A DNA stretch of 64,000 bases, from assembly GCA_002269645.1 (NCBI GenBank), contig NIVC01000842.1, positions 25,837 through 89,836 of the forward strand, written 5' to 3'. The DNA comes from Macrostomum lignano. Its lineage: Eukaryota. Both the position numbers and the translations under genes were made by a program. Shown here one piece after another: positions 11,020 to 24,500 of the stretch. The notes beneath the pieces were generated by a model. It saw only the letters and a program-made list of their open reading frames with translations, had not been told where the DNA came from and made no database searches. Each line of letters opens with the position of its first letter. The stretch's first letter is position 1.

Positions 11020-14000
11020 CAGGGGCGTCGCCACCGGGGGGGGGGGGGCATGTCCCCCCCCCGGTAAAATCTAGGAGGGGATTTTACGATGCTTTGCCCC
11101 CCCCCCCCGCCTCACCTCGTGAATAAAGTCAAGAATTCAATAATTTTGCTTCAGGGCAACAAAATACAGCACTAAAATGAGTGCCTGCGGCGCTAAAATG
11201 AGTGCCTGCAGCTCTAAAATGAGTTCCTGTGGCGCTAAAATGAGCGCCTGCGGTGCTAAAATGACTGCCTGCGGCGCTAAAATGAGTGCCTGCGGTGCTA
11301 AAATGACTGCCTGCGGCGCTAAAATGAGTACCTGCGGCGCTAAAATGAGTGCCTGCGGCGCTAAAATGAGTGCCTGCGGCGCTAAAATGAGTACCTGCGG
11401 CGCTAAAATGAGTGCCTGCGGCGCTAAAATGAGTGCCTCCGGCGCTAAAATGAGTGCCTGCGGCGCTAAAATGAGTGCCTGCGGCGCTAAAATGAGTGCC
11501 TGCAGCTCTAAAATGAGTTCCTGTGGCGCTAAAATGAGTGCCTGCGGTGCTAAAATGACTGCCTGCGGCGCTAAAATGAGTACCTGCGGCGCTAAAATGA
11601 GTGCCTGCGGCGCTAAAATGAGTGCCTGCGGCGCTAAAATGAGTACCTGCGGCGCTAAAATGAGTGCCTGCGGCGCTAAAATGAGTGCCTCCGGCGCTAA
11701 AATGAGTGCCTGTGGCGCTAAAATGAGTGCCTGCAGCTCTAAAATGAGTTCCTGTGGCGCTAAAATGAGTGCCTGCGGTGCTAAAATGACTGCCTGCGGC
11801 GCTAAAATGAGTACCTGCGGCGCTAAAATGAGTGCCTGCGGCGCTAAAATGAGTGCCTGCGGCGCTAAAATGAGTACCTGCGGCGCTAAAATGAGTGCCT
11901 GCGGCGCTAAAATGAGTGCCTGCGGCGCTAAAATGAGTACCTGCGGCGCTAAAATGAGTGCCTGCGGCGCTAAAATGAGTGCCTGCGGCGCTAAAATGAG
12001 TACCTGCGGCGCTAAAATGAGTGCCTGCGGCGCTAAAATGAGTGCCTGCGGCGCTAAAATGAGTGCCTGCAGCTCTAAAATGAGTTCCTGTGGCGCTAAA
12101 ATGAGTGCCTGCGGTGCTAAAATGACTGCCTGCGGCGCTAAAATGAGTACCTGCGGCGCTAAAATGAGTGCCTGCGGCGCTAAAATGAGTGCCTGCGGCG
12201 CTAAAATGAGTACCTGCGGCGCTAAAATGAGTGCCTGCGGCGCTAAAATGAGTGCCTCCGGCGCTAAAATGAGTGCCTGTGGCGCTAAAATGAGTGCCTG
12301 CAGCTCTAAAATGAGTTCCTGTGGCGCTAAAATGAGTGCCTGCGGTGCTAAAATGACTGCCTGCGGCGCTAAAATGAGTACCTGCGGCGCTAAAATGAGT
12401 GCCTGCGGCGCTAAAATGAGTGCCTGCGGCGCTAAAATGAGTGCCTGCGGCGCTAAAATGAGTGCCTCCGGCGCTAAAATGAGTACCTGCGGCGCTAAAA
12501 TGAGTGCCTGCGGCGCTAAAATGAGTGCCTGCAGCGCTAAAATGAGTGCCTGCGGCGCTAAAATGAGTGCCTGCAGCTCTAAAATGAGTTCCTGTGGCGC
12601 TAAAATGAGTGCCTGCGGTGCTAAAATGACTGCCTGCGGCGCTAAAATGAGTACCTGCGGCGCTAAAATGAGTGCCTGCGGCGCTAAAATGAGTGCCTGC
12701 GGCGCTAAAATGAGTGCCTGCGGCGCTAAAATGAGTGCCTCCGGCGCTAAAATGAGTACCTGCGGCGCTAAAATGAGTGCCTGCGGCGCTAAAATGAGTG
12801 CCTGCAGCGCTAAAATGAGTACCTGCGGCGCTAAAATGAGTGCCTGCAGCTCTAAAATGAGTTCCTGTGGCGCTAAAATGAGTGCCTGCGGTGCTAAAAT
12901 GACTGCCTGCGGCGCTAAAATGAGTACCTGCGGCGCTAAAATGAGTGCCTGCGGCGCTAAAATGAGTGCCTGCGGCGCTAAAATGAGTACCTGCGGCGCT
13001 AAAATGAGTGCCTGCGGCGCTAAAATGAGTGCCTGCAGCGCTAAAATGAGTGCCTGCGGCGCTAAAATGAGTGCCCTGTGGCGCTAAAATGAGTGCCTGC
13101 GGCACTAAAATGAGTACCTGCGGCGCTAAAATGAGTACCTCCGGCGCTAAAATGAGTGCCTGCGGCGCTAAAATGAGTACCTGCGGCGCTAAAATGAGTA
13201 CCTCCGGCGCTAAGATGAGTGCCTCCGGCGCTAAAATGAGTACCTGCGGCGCTAAAATGAGTACCTGCGGCGCTAAAATGAGTGCCTCCGGTGCTAAAAT
13301 GACTGCCTGCGGCGCTAAAATGAGTGCCTGTGGCGCTAAAATGAGTGCCTGTGGCGCTAAAATGAGTGCCTGCGGCGCTAAAATGAGTGCCTGCGGCGCT
13401 AAAATGAGTACCTGCGGCGCTAAAATGAGTGCCTGCGGCGCTAAAATGAGTGCCTCCGGCGCTAAAATGAGTGCCTGTGGCGCTAAAATGAGTGCCTGCA
13501 GCTCTAAAATGAGTTCCTGTGGCGCTAAAATGAGTGCCTGCGGTGCTAAAATGACTGCCTGCGGCGCTAAAATGAGTACCTGCGGCGCTAAAATGAGTGC
13601 CTGCGGCGCTAAAATGAGTGCCTGCGGCGCTAAAATGAGTACCTGCGGCGCTAAAATGAGTGCCTGCGGCGCTAAAATGAGTGCCTGCGGCGCTAAAATG
13701 AGTACCTGCGGCGCTAAAATGAGTGCCTGCGGCGCTAAAATGAGTGCCTGCGGCGCTAAAATGAGTACCTGCGGCGCTAAAATGAGTGCCTGCGGCGCTA
13801 AAATGAGTGCCTGCGGCGCTAAAATGAGTGCCTGCAGCTCTAAAATGAGTTCCTGTGGCGCTAAAATGAGTGCCTGCGGTGCTAAAATGACTGCCTGCGG
13901 CGCTAAAATGAGTACCTGCGGCGCTAAAATGAGTGCCTGCGGCGCTAAAATGAGTGCCTGCGGCGCTAAAATGAGTACCTGCGGCGCTAAAATGAGTGCC

Positions 14001-15558
14001 TGCGGCGCTAAAATGAGTGCCTCCGGCGCTAAAATGAGTGCCTGTGGCGCTAAAATGAGTGCCTGCAGCTCTAAAATGAGTTCCTGTGGCGCTAAAATGA
14101 GTGCCTGCGGTGCTAAAATGACTGCCTGCGGCGCTAAAATGAGTACCTGCGGCGCTAAAATGAGTGCCTGCGGCGCTAAAATGAGTGCCTGCGGCGCTAA
14201 AATGAGTGCCTGCGGCGCTAAAATGAGTGCCTCCGGCGCTAAAATGAGTACCTGCGGCGCTAAAATGAGTGCCTGCGGCGCTAAAATGAGTGCCTGCAGC
14301 GCTAAAATGAGTGCCTGCGGCGCTAAAATGAGTGCCTGCAGCTCTAAAATGAGTTCCTGTGGCGCTAAAATGAGTGCCTGCGGTGCTAAAATGACTGCCT
14401 GCGGCGCTAAAATGAGTACCTGCGGCGCTAAAATGAGTGCCTGCGGCGCTAAAATGAGTGCCTGCGGCGCTAAAATGAGTGCCTGCGGCGCTAAAATGAG
14501 TGCCTCCGGCGCTAAAATGAGTACCTGCGGCGCTAAAATGAGTGCCTGCGGCGCTAAAATGAGTGCCTGCAGCGCTAAAATGAGTACCTGCGGCGCTAAA
14601 ATGAGTGCCTGCAGCTCTAAAATGAGTTCCTGTGGCGCTAAAATGAGTGCCTGCGGTGCTAAAATGACTGCCTGCGGCGCTAAAATGAGTACCTGCGGCG
14701 CTAAAATGAGTGCCTGCGGCGCTAAAATGAGTGCCTGCGGCGCTAAAATGAGTACCTGCGGCGCTAAAATGAGTGCCTGCGGCGCTAAAATGAGTGCCTG
14801 CAGCGCTAAAATGAGTGCCTGCGGCGCTAAAATGAGTGCCCTGTGGCGCTAAAATGAGTGCCTGCGGCACTAAAATGAGTACCTGCGGCGCTAAAATGAG
14901 TACCTCCGGCGCTAAAATGAGTGCCTGCGGCGCTAAAATGAGTACCTGCGGCGCTAAAATGAGTACCTCCGGCGCTAAGATGAGTGCCTCCGGCGCTAAA
15001 ATGAGTACCTGCGGCGCTAAAATGAGTACCTGCGGCGCTAAAATGAGTGCCTCCGGTGCTAAAATGACTGCCTGCGGCGCTAAAATGAGTGCCTGTGGCG
15101 CTAAAATGAGTGCCTGTGGCGCTAAAATGAGTGCCTGCGGCGCTAAAATGAGTGCCTGCGGCGCTAAAATGAGTGCCTGCAGCGCTAAAATGAGTGCCTG
15201 CGGCGCTAAAATGAGTGCCCTGTGGCGCTAAAATGAGTGCCTGCGGCACTAAAATGAGTACCTGCGGCGCTAAAATGAGTACCTCCGGCGCTAAAATGAG
15301 TGCCTGCGGCGCTAAAATGAGTACCTGCGGCGCTAAAATGAGTACCTCCGGCGCTAAGATGAGTGCCTCCGGCGCTAAAATGAGTACCTGCGGCGCTAAA
15401 ATGAGTACCTGCGGCGCTAAAATGAGTGCCTCCGGTGCTAAAATGACTGCCTGCGGGATTCTGAAAATAATGGATATGTAAGAATTTCTTCCTGTACATA
15501 TGTACATGTAAAATTCTTGGCTTTGTCCCCCACCATAAAATCCATGGCGACCCCCCTG
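11020..15558. mobile_element. Non-autonomous hAT-like TIR element filled by a satellite
   Basis: Left end CAGGGGCGTCGCCA (11020) and right end TGGCGACCCCCCTG (ends 15558) match 13/14 as an inverted repeat. The flanking 8-mers atctctac and atgtgtac (6/8) fit an aged 8-bp TSD. No transposase is present. Confidence 0.7.
11170..15456. repeat. 21-bp satellite (ctaaaatgagtgcctgcggcg)n with higher-order structure
   Basis: About 204 units; source of the 590-660 aa MSACGAK / GTHFSAA ORFs. Confidence 0.98.
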
Positions 15559-16957
15559 ATGTGTACCCTTTACCCTTTACACTGCTGAGTCTCTCTGAAC
15601 TGCAGAAATTGTTGTTGACAGACTACTCAAAGTTGATAATTGTGTTATAGCTCTAAAAAACCCAAGAATCTCAAAATTGATTAAGTTATTGATAATTTAA
15701 ATGAAAAAATATGAGCTTGGTCCGAATTCAGGATGCCAAAATTAAAGTTGATGTGTCACAACCTATAGGTTCAAAAAGCAGAAATTAACAAGTCTTAAGC
15801 TCAATACGCTCGTAGGTAAAAAACAACGATTTTGCAGACGCACACTGTGCCTCTTGAAAATATGAAAAGAAAATTGTTTTTTTTTAACCAGCCAAGAAGA
15901 TTATAAAAGACATCAGCCTGCTTCGGCGTAGATTTTTGTGTCATAGTTTATTTTTGTTAATCTGTAACTGTTTGTTAATATGCATGCATGGCACAGTATT
16001 AAATTTGTGCGATTATCACGGTATATTGAATATCTTTTTTTGTGAAAAATAATCGCCAGAAGTGAACAAAATAAAGTCAGGACAAGAGCCTGGAGTAAGT
16101 TCAGTTTTGCCATATTTCGGTCGGTCTGGTAATAAGATAATTTTTTTTTTTTATAGGCGGTTCTTCAGACCGATGAAATGGCAAATAAATATAGAATAAT
16201 TAATTGATTAAGACACGCTACAAGAAGGATGTCTACACGGAGGGCCATTACACATCAAAGCAGAAAAAACACGAACGAGTATTTTATAAATATAGAAAAT
16301 GTTAAAGATTTTCAGACAAAACAAGTTCAGTGGTTTTAGTCGATACCATTCTTGACTAAAAAAGTCAATAAGTATTGATCGTCTGCAAAAGTATAGCTTC
16401 TTAACTAGCGAGTTGGTTAACAGGAAAATCCAGAAAACCCTTTAGAAAAAATTGGAAATGATAGGAGAAAAATATTCGAGAACTGCAGTGCTCTCAGTTT
16501 GGGGAAGAGCAATTTAAAGGCAGGAACTTCAGCGAACTTAAAGCCACTTCCATTGGCCTCAAAATGAACAGGCCAATAAATAAATAATGATACTACTGCT
16601 TATTTAAGGCGTCTGTGTAGTATTTTTTCGTATAAATTTGCTAAGAAGAATAATTCTTTGTTTGCAAATATTCAAGTGAAATCACGGGTTTTTACTAATT
16701 CAAAACACCCAAATCTAAGTTAATTACGCTCATTACGCTTACGTGTTGAAATTTATACACGCATCGACCGCTTCCAATTTTCCAATTTTCCAATTTCCAA
16801 TTTTTGTTAAAATAAACCCAGAAAACATTCCAATTAAAACAGGGTCAAATAAAAAAGAAAACTAGACTAAATAATCATACTCACAGAAACAAATAAGTTG
16901 GGTTAATTTGTCTTCGAATTGTCTTGTACAGATCAATAATTGCCCAGTTCCATAGTT

Positions 16958-18543
16958 TCAATTCTTCTCAGACAGTTGCACCTCAAGCGCCTCCTTGCGC
17001 CGGTCGCTGATGCTGCCGTTCATCTCTAAGCTGACGCTTCTCAGGCCATTTCGGACGGCGCTGTTAGCGATGAGGTCGCAGGCTCGGTCCGACAGCCGGT
17101 TGCCCTCCAGGTCGATGCTAATTAGGCTCAGATTCGAGCCCAGACCCTCTAGCAGAGCAGCCAAGCTCGAATCGGTCAGGTCGCAATAGTCCAGCATCAT
17201 GGATTCGAGTTTTGTGTTGCCACGCAGCGATTTTCCCAAATTGGCCCACGCAGATTCGGACAGGCCCCGACTGCCGGTGAGTTCAAGTCCGGCCAGTGGT
17301 GGATTCTCGGCCAGTAGACCGGCCACCTGTTGAAGGCCTTGGTCTGTCATGCCGGTGTTTCCCAGGTCAATCTGCAATGACAGTAGGCAAGTGTAAATGA
17401 CGGATTTAAAAAAAAATTAATAAATGCGCTAAATTAATGCGCCCAATCATAGTCAACACACTTTATATACTACTTTTTTGTAAGTAGACGATCTCTGTTA
17501 CGAGCTAGAGCTGGCTAAAAAAGTTGTTTTCAGCAAGGAAAACTCAAGTAGAAGGACGCGAAACCAAGGTTTCTTAGAAAATGTTAAGGAGGCTGGTTTT
17601 CGCGGAAAAATACACTACGCAGATAGAAAGTTTTCATGTTTTTCATATCAAAACTGTTATTGCTTTCGATAGGAGGCAGACCCAATGTTCGTATTTTGAT
17701 ATGTTGTGCCTTTCTTATGGCTCTATTGATATTCATGAAGCTTTTCGTTCGGAAAGTTAGGATTCTGACTTAATTTTTTTATTCTCAGTACATTTCCTGT
17801 GCGTTAAAATCATAAAAATGCATGGCACAGCTCGAATCTTTGGTTTTATGGATCTATTTTATCATCTCCTTTACACATATTGTTACATGGTTCATAACAC
17901 CAATGAGCCGAGCTGTGCCATTTTAATAGTTTTCAGGCACAGGACACTTGTAAGTGCACATGTAAGAGCCATAAGGAAGGCACAACATATCAAAAGATGA
18001 CCATTGGGTCTGCCTCCTACGCTCGTATCAAAAGCAATAACAATTTTTGTGCTGAAAAATGAAAACTTTCCATCTCCGCAGTGTATTTTTCTGCGAAAAC
18101 CAGCCTCCTTAACATTTTCGAAGAAACGCTGCAGTTTAAGAGCTTTCTTAGATATCTTGAAAAGACAATAGGACCGTGCTTGTTTGCATGTATCTGCACA
18201 TTATTATTTCGCTACTCACCGTATCGATAGTTGACGAGTTGGTTCGAAATCTGTTTCTCAATCCTTTGACAAGAGCGTAGATACCGTCGTCCCCGATGGC
18301 CACGCTGTGCAAGTTGAGATTAGAAAGCTGAGGCCAACCGGACAGGCGCTCGGCGATGACAGACGCAGTTCGTGAGCTAATGGAGTTGCATGTCAAGTTC
18401 AGGTAGTTCAATTTATCATAGCCTGCAAGAGCCTCGAGCATTCGGATAGCCTGACTGTCCGTCAGCTGGCAGTTGCGCACAGAAACTGACTCCATTTTCT
18501 CAGCTTTCTCGCGTTGATTGAGCTCTTTGAGAAAGAGTTCGAA
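16958..18543 (-). CDS. LRRC73-like ribonuclease-inhibitor-type LRR domain (exons 18543-18220 and 17371-16958)
   Basis: SVSVRNCQLTD, LNYLNLTCNSI, LNLHSVAIGDDG, IDLGNTGMTDQG, MMLDYCDLTD, IDLEGNRLSD. Phase-0 GTGAGT donor at 18219 and CAG acceptor at 17372. Repeat order resembles human LRRC73 as recalled. An alternative in-frame ATG lies at 18606. Confidence 0.85.
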
Positions 18544-21500
18544 CTGCGGGTAATGGTCGGGTAGTTTGAGTATTCTCAATATTCTGCTAGACCACAGAAT
18601 TTGCATTTAACTAAGATCTAAGTTTAAAATATACTCGAATTATTACAGCGAATAATCGTCTTTAACTTGTAAACATGTACAGAGAACTTTTCCAGAATAT
18701 GAGTACGTCATGAACTTAAATATGTTAACCTAATTACTTACTTCTTAATCGTACTTTGGATTATAAACAAACTAAAAAAACGCAAGCATAAAAACTAATA
18801 AATCGTTTTTAAAGCATTAAATTCATAATAAAGTAAAATAAAAAATACTAAAAATATATATAAATATATGTATGCAAGATTTTTAAACGAGAAAAAAATG
18901 GTTCTAGATGTGCAATAAAACATTTGTGTAATATTCTGCAATATGCCGTCGGCTCAACCGGTTAATTCGTCTCAAATTTGTGCTCAAGAAAGCTCCGATC
19001 TGATAAGCTTCAATTTAATCATAGATACGGAAATCAGACTGGCGAGACTGAAAATTCTGTCTATGGTCGACACTCGCTGGCATAGCGGAGTTCAATTTAA
19101 TCCTTGGGGCATTAATTTGATCATTCTAATCATATAACGTTAGATATCCTGTGTTGAAACAAACTTCGCTTCCCTGCAACCAGCTCTGTAGGACAAGGAT
19201 TCGCCACTCTCGTAGCGAATGACCAGCAGGCGGAGTGTCCAGCTCTTCTTGCAGTTGTGGTTGAGTCAGTTGGCTTTTGGCTGCCTTCAAGCAGGCGTGC
19301 GCGTTCTCCACAGGATTGAGGAACGGCGAGTATGGCGGCAATGCACGCTTTGCACCAGATCATTGATGAACTTCTGGAACCTGGATGCCATCATAGTCTG
19401 TCCGAGGATCATATGATGTAAAAGACAAGCTAAAAACAAGTTACGATGACAGTGAAAATGTGCATTGAAAACATAGAATGATCAAATTGATGCCCCCAGG
19501 ATTAAATTGAAATCCGCCATGCCAGCGAGTGTCGACCATAGACAGAAACATTTCAGTCTCGCAAGCCCGACTTCCGTATCTATGATTAAATTGAAAGCTT
19601 TCAGTGCCAACTAGGCCGCAAAAAGGAATAATTGATTCCGTTTTTAGTGGCTCACGTCAACAGAGTAAAGCTTTGACAGTTTGACATCAGTACATCGTTT
19701 CAAGACAAAAAGATAAGTAAAACAATGTGAATAATCTATGGAAAGTCTAAGAAAAAGCATGCTAACGTTCAGATCAAGATGTAAATATATAGGCTTCACT
19801 TGAACGGCAGTGAAGCTTGAAAATGAACAGAGTGCATGCAGTGAAGACTCCACTGAGAAGTGTCAACTCACCGTCTGCGGAATGTCGTTTATAAAATGTG
19901 TGGCGAAGTTTTTGTTAGCTAGTCTACACTTTCCATAGGTCACTACTATGAGTACTATACACTTGTGTACACTGTACGGATGTAGACAGTCAAGCACTTA
20001 TTTGGAAGTGGCCGTCTAGCATTGACTGACCGAGTAAATGGTGCAGTAGTTGACTTTTAATGGAAAAAAAGTAGTGAACAAGGCTATAGAACTTGAAAAA
20101 ATACAATTTAAACTAAGCACTTTAAGTTCAAATACAATAATAAGCTAGACTAGGTTTTCTTTCATGGATTTTTCGAAAACAGATACAAAAACTGATTAAC
20201 TGATAATCGCGGACTCACCTGTTCATCCGATAGCTTTGTATCGTACACAGAGACCCCATTATCTTTGAACAGATCGCGCACTTTTCCAATCCGAGTCTCC
20301 GGAGGCTGAATGTCGTCCGGTTGAACAGATCCGCTACGCATTCGGTTCTGTCTGGGCACAGACTCGGCAGCCTCATCATCTTCCCCGGCTGTTTCTGTGT
20401 CGGACTCGCTGTCGGACGAGTCGCTGTCAGCTTCGCTGGATTCCTCCGCCGTACTGCTGACGTCGTCATCGCTCTGCTCCGATTCGTCAGTGCTGGCTGT
20501 ATCCGACGATTGAGCGGTGGCGGTTGTGCCGCTAGCCGCTGTCGATGGCTTTCCAAAGGATCCTGCATCGCCCGTGGAGGTGGTGGTCGCTCCAGTGGTA
20601 GTTGTGGTGGCAGCGGTGGGTGGTGCAGCCAGCGTCGGCACCGCCTGACGAGCGGACGAAGGTCGCGACTCTTCATGCTGGGACACTTCATCGTCGGTTG
20701 GCGGGGCCAGCAGAATGTGACTATCGCAGTCCCTGGTGAACCACTTGCCGCAGGGAAAGCTGCGCGTCACCCCGCGCTGTTGATCTTCAACCTCCACCTG
20801 GTAAGATTGAGATTTGATGCAGGTTATGGGCACTAATATAATCTTAACACGAGCTTCAACCTGTAAATATGGTACTAATCTGACAGCTGATGATCTAATG
20901 ACGGGATGAAGGAGTGAAGGAGTGAAATAATGAAAATGCTTATTGGAAAATAGGCCACACTGACAAGCATACGCTAATAAAACCATTGACACAGACACGA
21001 AAATCATCACTCTCTCCCAAGTTGTCTCACCCGTGAGAGCAGCCATCTGTCTTGCTCATACTGCACGTCGGTAAAAATTCGTATTTTATTGATGGCACCC
21101 AGGTCGGGAATGCTGATGGAGAACTCGGAAGTACTGAAAATTTTCAAGATTAATAATATGCTTTTACAAATAAGGGTAAGGTAAAACCAAAAAATACAAG
21201 TATTTCGTATTACCTGCCACTCTGAAACTTTCTGCCTTGCTCATTTTTAAACGTCCTGACGTCTGAGTCACCTTGTTCACCGCACAGAACGATAGACACT
21301 GTAGCGTGAGTGCCAGCGTCCTCCGTCGAATCCGTGACAAAACGAATTTTGTAGTCGCATAGGCCTAATAATTGCAGACAAAAATGGTAGACAAATTCTT
21401 TGCAGCCACATTGGTGGGATTTTCTTGCTTCCATTTGCTCGTATGGGCTAAAGTTTTGAGCTTTAACTTTACCTTTCTCCTTAATTGCCTGCTGCTCTTG

Positions 21501-24500
21501 ACGCATACGGTCCAGCTGATCTTCCAGCATCTGTTGCTGCTTCCTCTGCCTTTCCTCTTCCTCTTGCCGGCGCTCCTCTTCTCGCCTTTGAGCAGCAGCA
21601 GCAGCCTCCTCTTCGCGCTTACGGTCTTCCTCTTCGCGCTTACGGTCTTCCTCTTCGCGCTTACGGTCTTCCTCTTCGCGCTTACGCGAAGCCTCCATTT
21701 CCTTCCATCGCTGATTCTCCTCTTCCTCGCTTTCATCTTCCTCGTCGCTGGAAGGCCGTATTTGTAGCGTAGCCGGCTCTTGGTCACGTTCATCCTCCGA
21801 GCCTGCATTTTTGTGGAGCGAATTAGAGTAAAAAATTTTTATTCATCCGTACAGCAATTGGACGTCGTCAACGTCAAGTCGATGTTTTTTTATTAGAGGC
21901 AGGGGGGTTGTGTGCACCCTGGCGCACTTTAAGCGACATAGGCACACAACCGGCGAGAGGCATTACTGCCCATTCCGCCGACTCCCCTGAGTAGGCATAC
22001 AAGCGCGCGGATACGTACGCAAGCACACATTCACACAGGAGTGTACAGCGGCCCTAACTTTATATTATCGTTAGGCATGTACACTTCACTGCGCCTTGGG
22101 GGGTTGGCTCTCAAGGCCATTAATTGCACGAGCAGAGCCAAGCCGAGATTCCAATTCAGCCCCAAATTAATGTGACTGCACTTGGAATCGAGCCTGGGTC
22201 GCTGGCACACCAGAGCAGCTGCGCTACCGCTGGGCTACGGCCCCCGATAACGTCAAGTCGATGTTTCTGATGTTTATCGACGTTCGCTGGCAAATGAGGT
22301 ACTTTTTAATTACGTATAAGGACATTGTGTAGCGTCATCATCCGTCAGCGTAGTTTTAAAAGACCAACTTGCCAGCGACTCTTATCAGCAATATACAAAA
22401 CAACTTGTCTAGACAGTAATTAGAGCGTACCAGAATCCGACTCCTCTGAAAAGCTTGAAATCCTGGTCTGAATGTGACCTTTCTTTTTTCGGTCGGCATC
22501 TGAAAAGAAGCAGTGTAAAAAATTAGTTTACATTCGATTTAATAACTTCGATATTAAATACAGCGCTCATACCAGAGTCTTCGCCTGAGGAACCGCGATC
22601 GCTTCCAGAAACGCGCCTTCGCTTCTCTTCTAAAAGAAGTAAGAAGTATCAATATGCTAGTCAATTGTGTTTTGTATGACCTGAATTTCTAGCTGTTGGT
22701 AAATGATAATAATGACTACACGTGCCCCAATAGGCAGATGTGCAACCGACAGCTCAGCCGCAGCTATTGCGCGGCGCATCTGAAGGCTGCGTACGGCTGT
22801 TCAGTCCAAGGACTGGGGGGTCGCCACACACACCCTCAATTACCCCAGCTAATGCTGGCACCCATTTTACAGCTGGGTGAACTGAAGCAATTTTCTTGCT
22901 CAAGGCACAAATTGTTCGAATGGGATCAGGAATCAAACCACAGACCTTTCAGCAGTGAGTCTGACGCTCTAACCACTAAGGCTACAACCCCCTACCAAAT
23001 TTTGCTAAATAATAGCGTATAAATATTCGTTCGTAATTTACTAACCTTTGCGAACCAAAGTCGATTGGGTGTTTCGAGAATCTTCTGAAAACGAATAGAG
23101 TATAAGTACACAGAGTTACCAATATCATTCTCAAAGAATATACTTGCGAAAGCGCAAGAGGGAAATTTTGATAAAATGTGAAAACTTTGATTTACCAACG
23201 TCTGGGGCATCATCTACTGGCACTTCAGTGACACCTGCAGCGGCTGACTTCTGTTGCTGATCTGTGAACGAAATTAAACCAAAGGAACGAAGAAACGGTG
23301 AGTATTGAAGAGTGACGTGGCAAAAGGAAATGTGATATTTGAGAACTCGAACAAAAAAAAAACAAAATCCCGTTTAGTTTTATAATCAATTCTTGATTCA
23401 AGTTAAATTACGTTTTTGTTTGTTAAAATTGTAATATTCTTACGTATAAATAAATAAATTTCGATGAATATAAATTTTCAAGCGTAAGTTAGTCGTCTGA
23501 ACTCTTGCAAAAGTTTATACAAGTAGTAAGAGTACATATAGATGAAAATGTTGAAAAAATTCTTTTGAAAGTGTTGAAAAGGCTTTTAAAGACAAACAAA
23601 TAGATAGATATAATCAAAAGCTTTATAACAAAGTTTCCGGTGCAAATAAAGTTGTTTTGTGCAGAATAGGCAATTAAACAGTAAAGTGTTTGAATCGTCC
23701 GGTAGATATTTTAGTGTCGAAATACCTTTCTTATTGCCAAGCAGAACTGCCCTGGCGGCGGCAATGTCCTTTTCAAACTCGTCCGCATCATCGTCATCGG
23801 AGTCGAGTTTCGGTCGTGCGACTTTTTTGAATTCGGTTATTTTTAGTTCAAGGTTATTCGGGGCGCTCATTTTAGCTAACTCATTCTAGTAATTAGTAAA
23901 TTACTGATATTTTGCACTGGCTGGAAGTATGCTCCAAGGATTAAATGAAATTGATTCGCACTTTTTCTGCCTCGCCTCCTTTGTTAGTAATAAATCTTGC
24001 AAATATAGTAACGAAAATTAGAAATGGTCTGGAAATAAGGCCGAAGCTGTGGGCTCCCTATCAGCGACGGTTTCCACTGTGTGCAGAAGCCTGCCATTCG
24101 TGGGATGGAATTCGACTGATTTTATACTTATATGTTGTGCCATACGCTAGGCATTACACACAGTAGGAAAAAAATAAAACGGACTCTTTTTGTCGAATAT
24201 TTTTGAAAACAAAACAGAAAATTTCTCACCTGGAGCTGCGTGCTCAGGCGAGCCTTCTATCTTGAAGTTGACAACTTCTTCATCGTCTGAACGATCAGAT
24301 CGGCTGCTACCAGATGCGCGCTGAAAAAGCAATGATTGATGAAGCCATTGTGGAGCTTGAATTTTGCACTTTAATCGAACTGAACAGTAGACAAAGAAAG
24401 CACTGGCAATCTCTTACTCTCTGCCTAGTCAAATCGTCGTCAGCTCTGTCGGGCAGAGCAGCCACCGCGGCGCAACGTTCGGGTCGCTCCTTTTGGATCC

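Noticed and set aside
11129-15507. 590-660 aa ORFs on both strands (MSACGAK / GTHFSAA repeats)
   Set aside because: By-products of a stop-free 21-bp unit inside a TIR element; open on both strands with no unique coding sequence.
22170-22248. tRNA gene candidates (also about 22930-22992, 25130-25194, 27890-27951 and 63875-63945)
   Set aside because: A and B boxes are present, but no complete cloverleaf was evident and each continues into a repeated SINE body.
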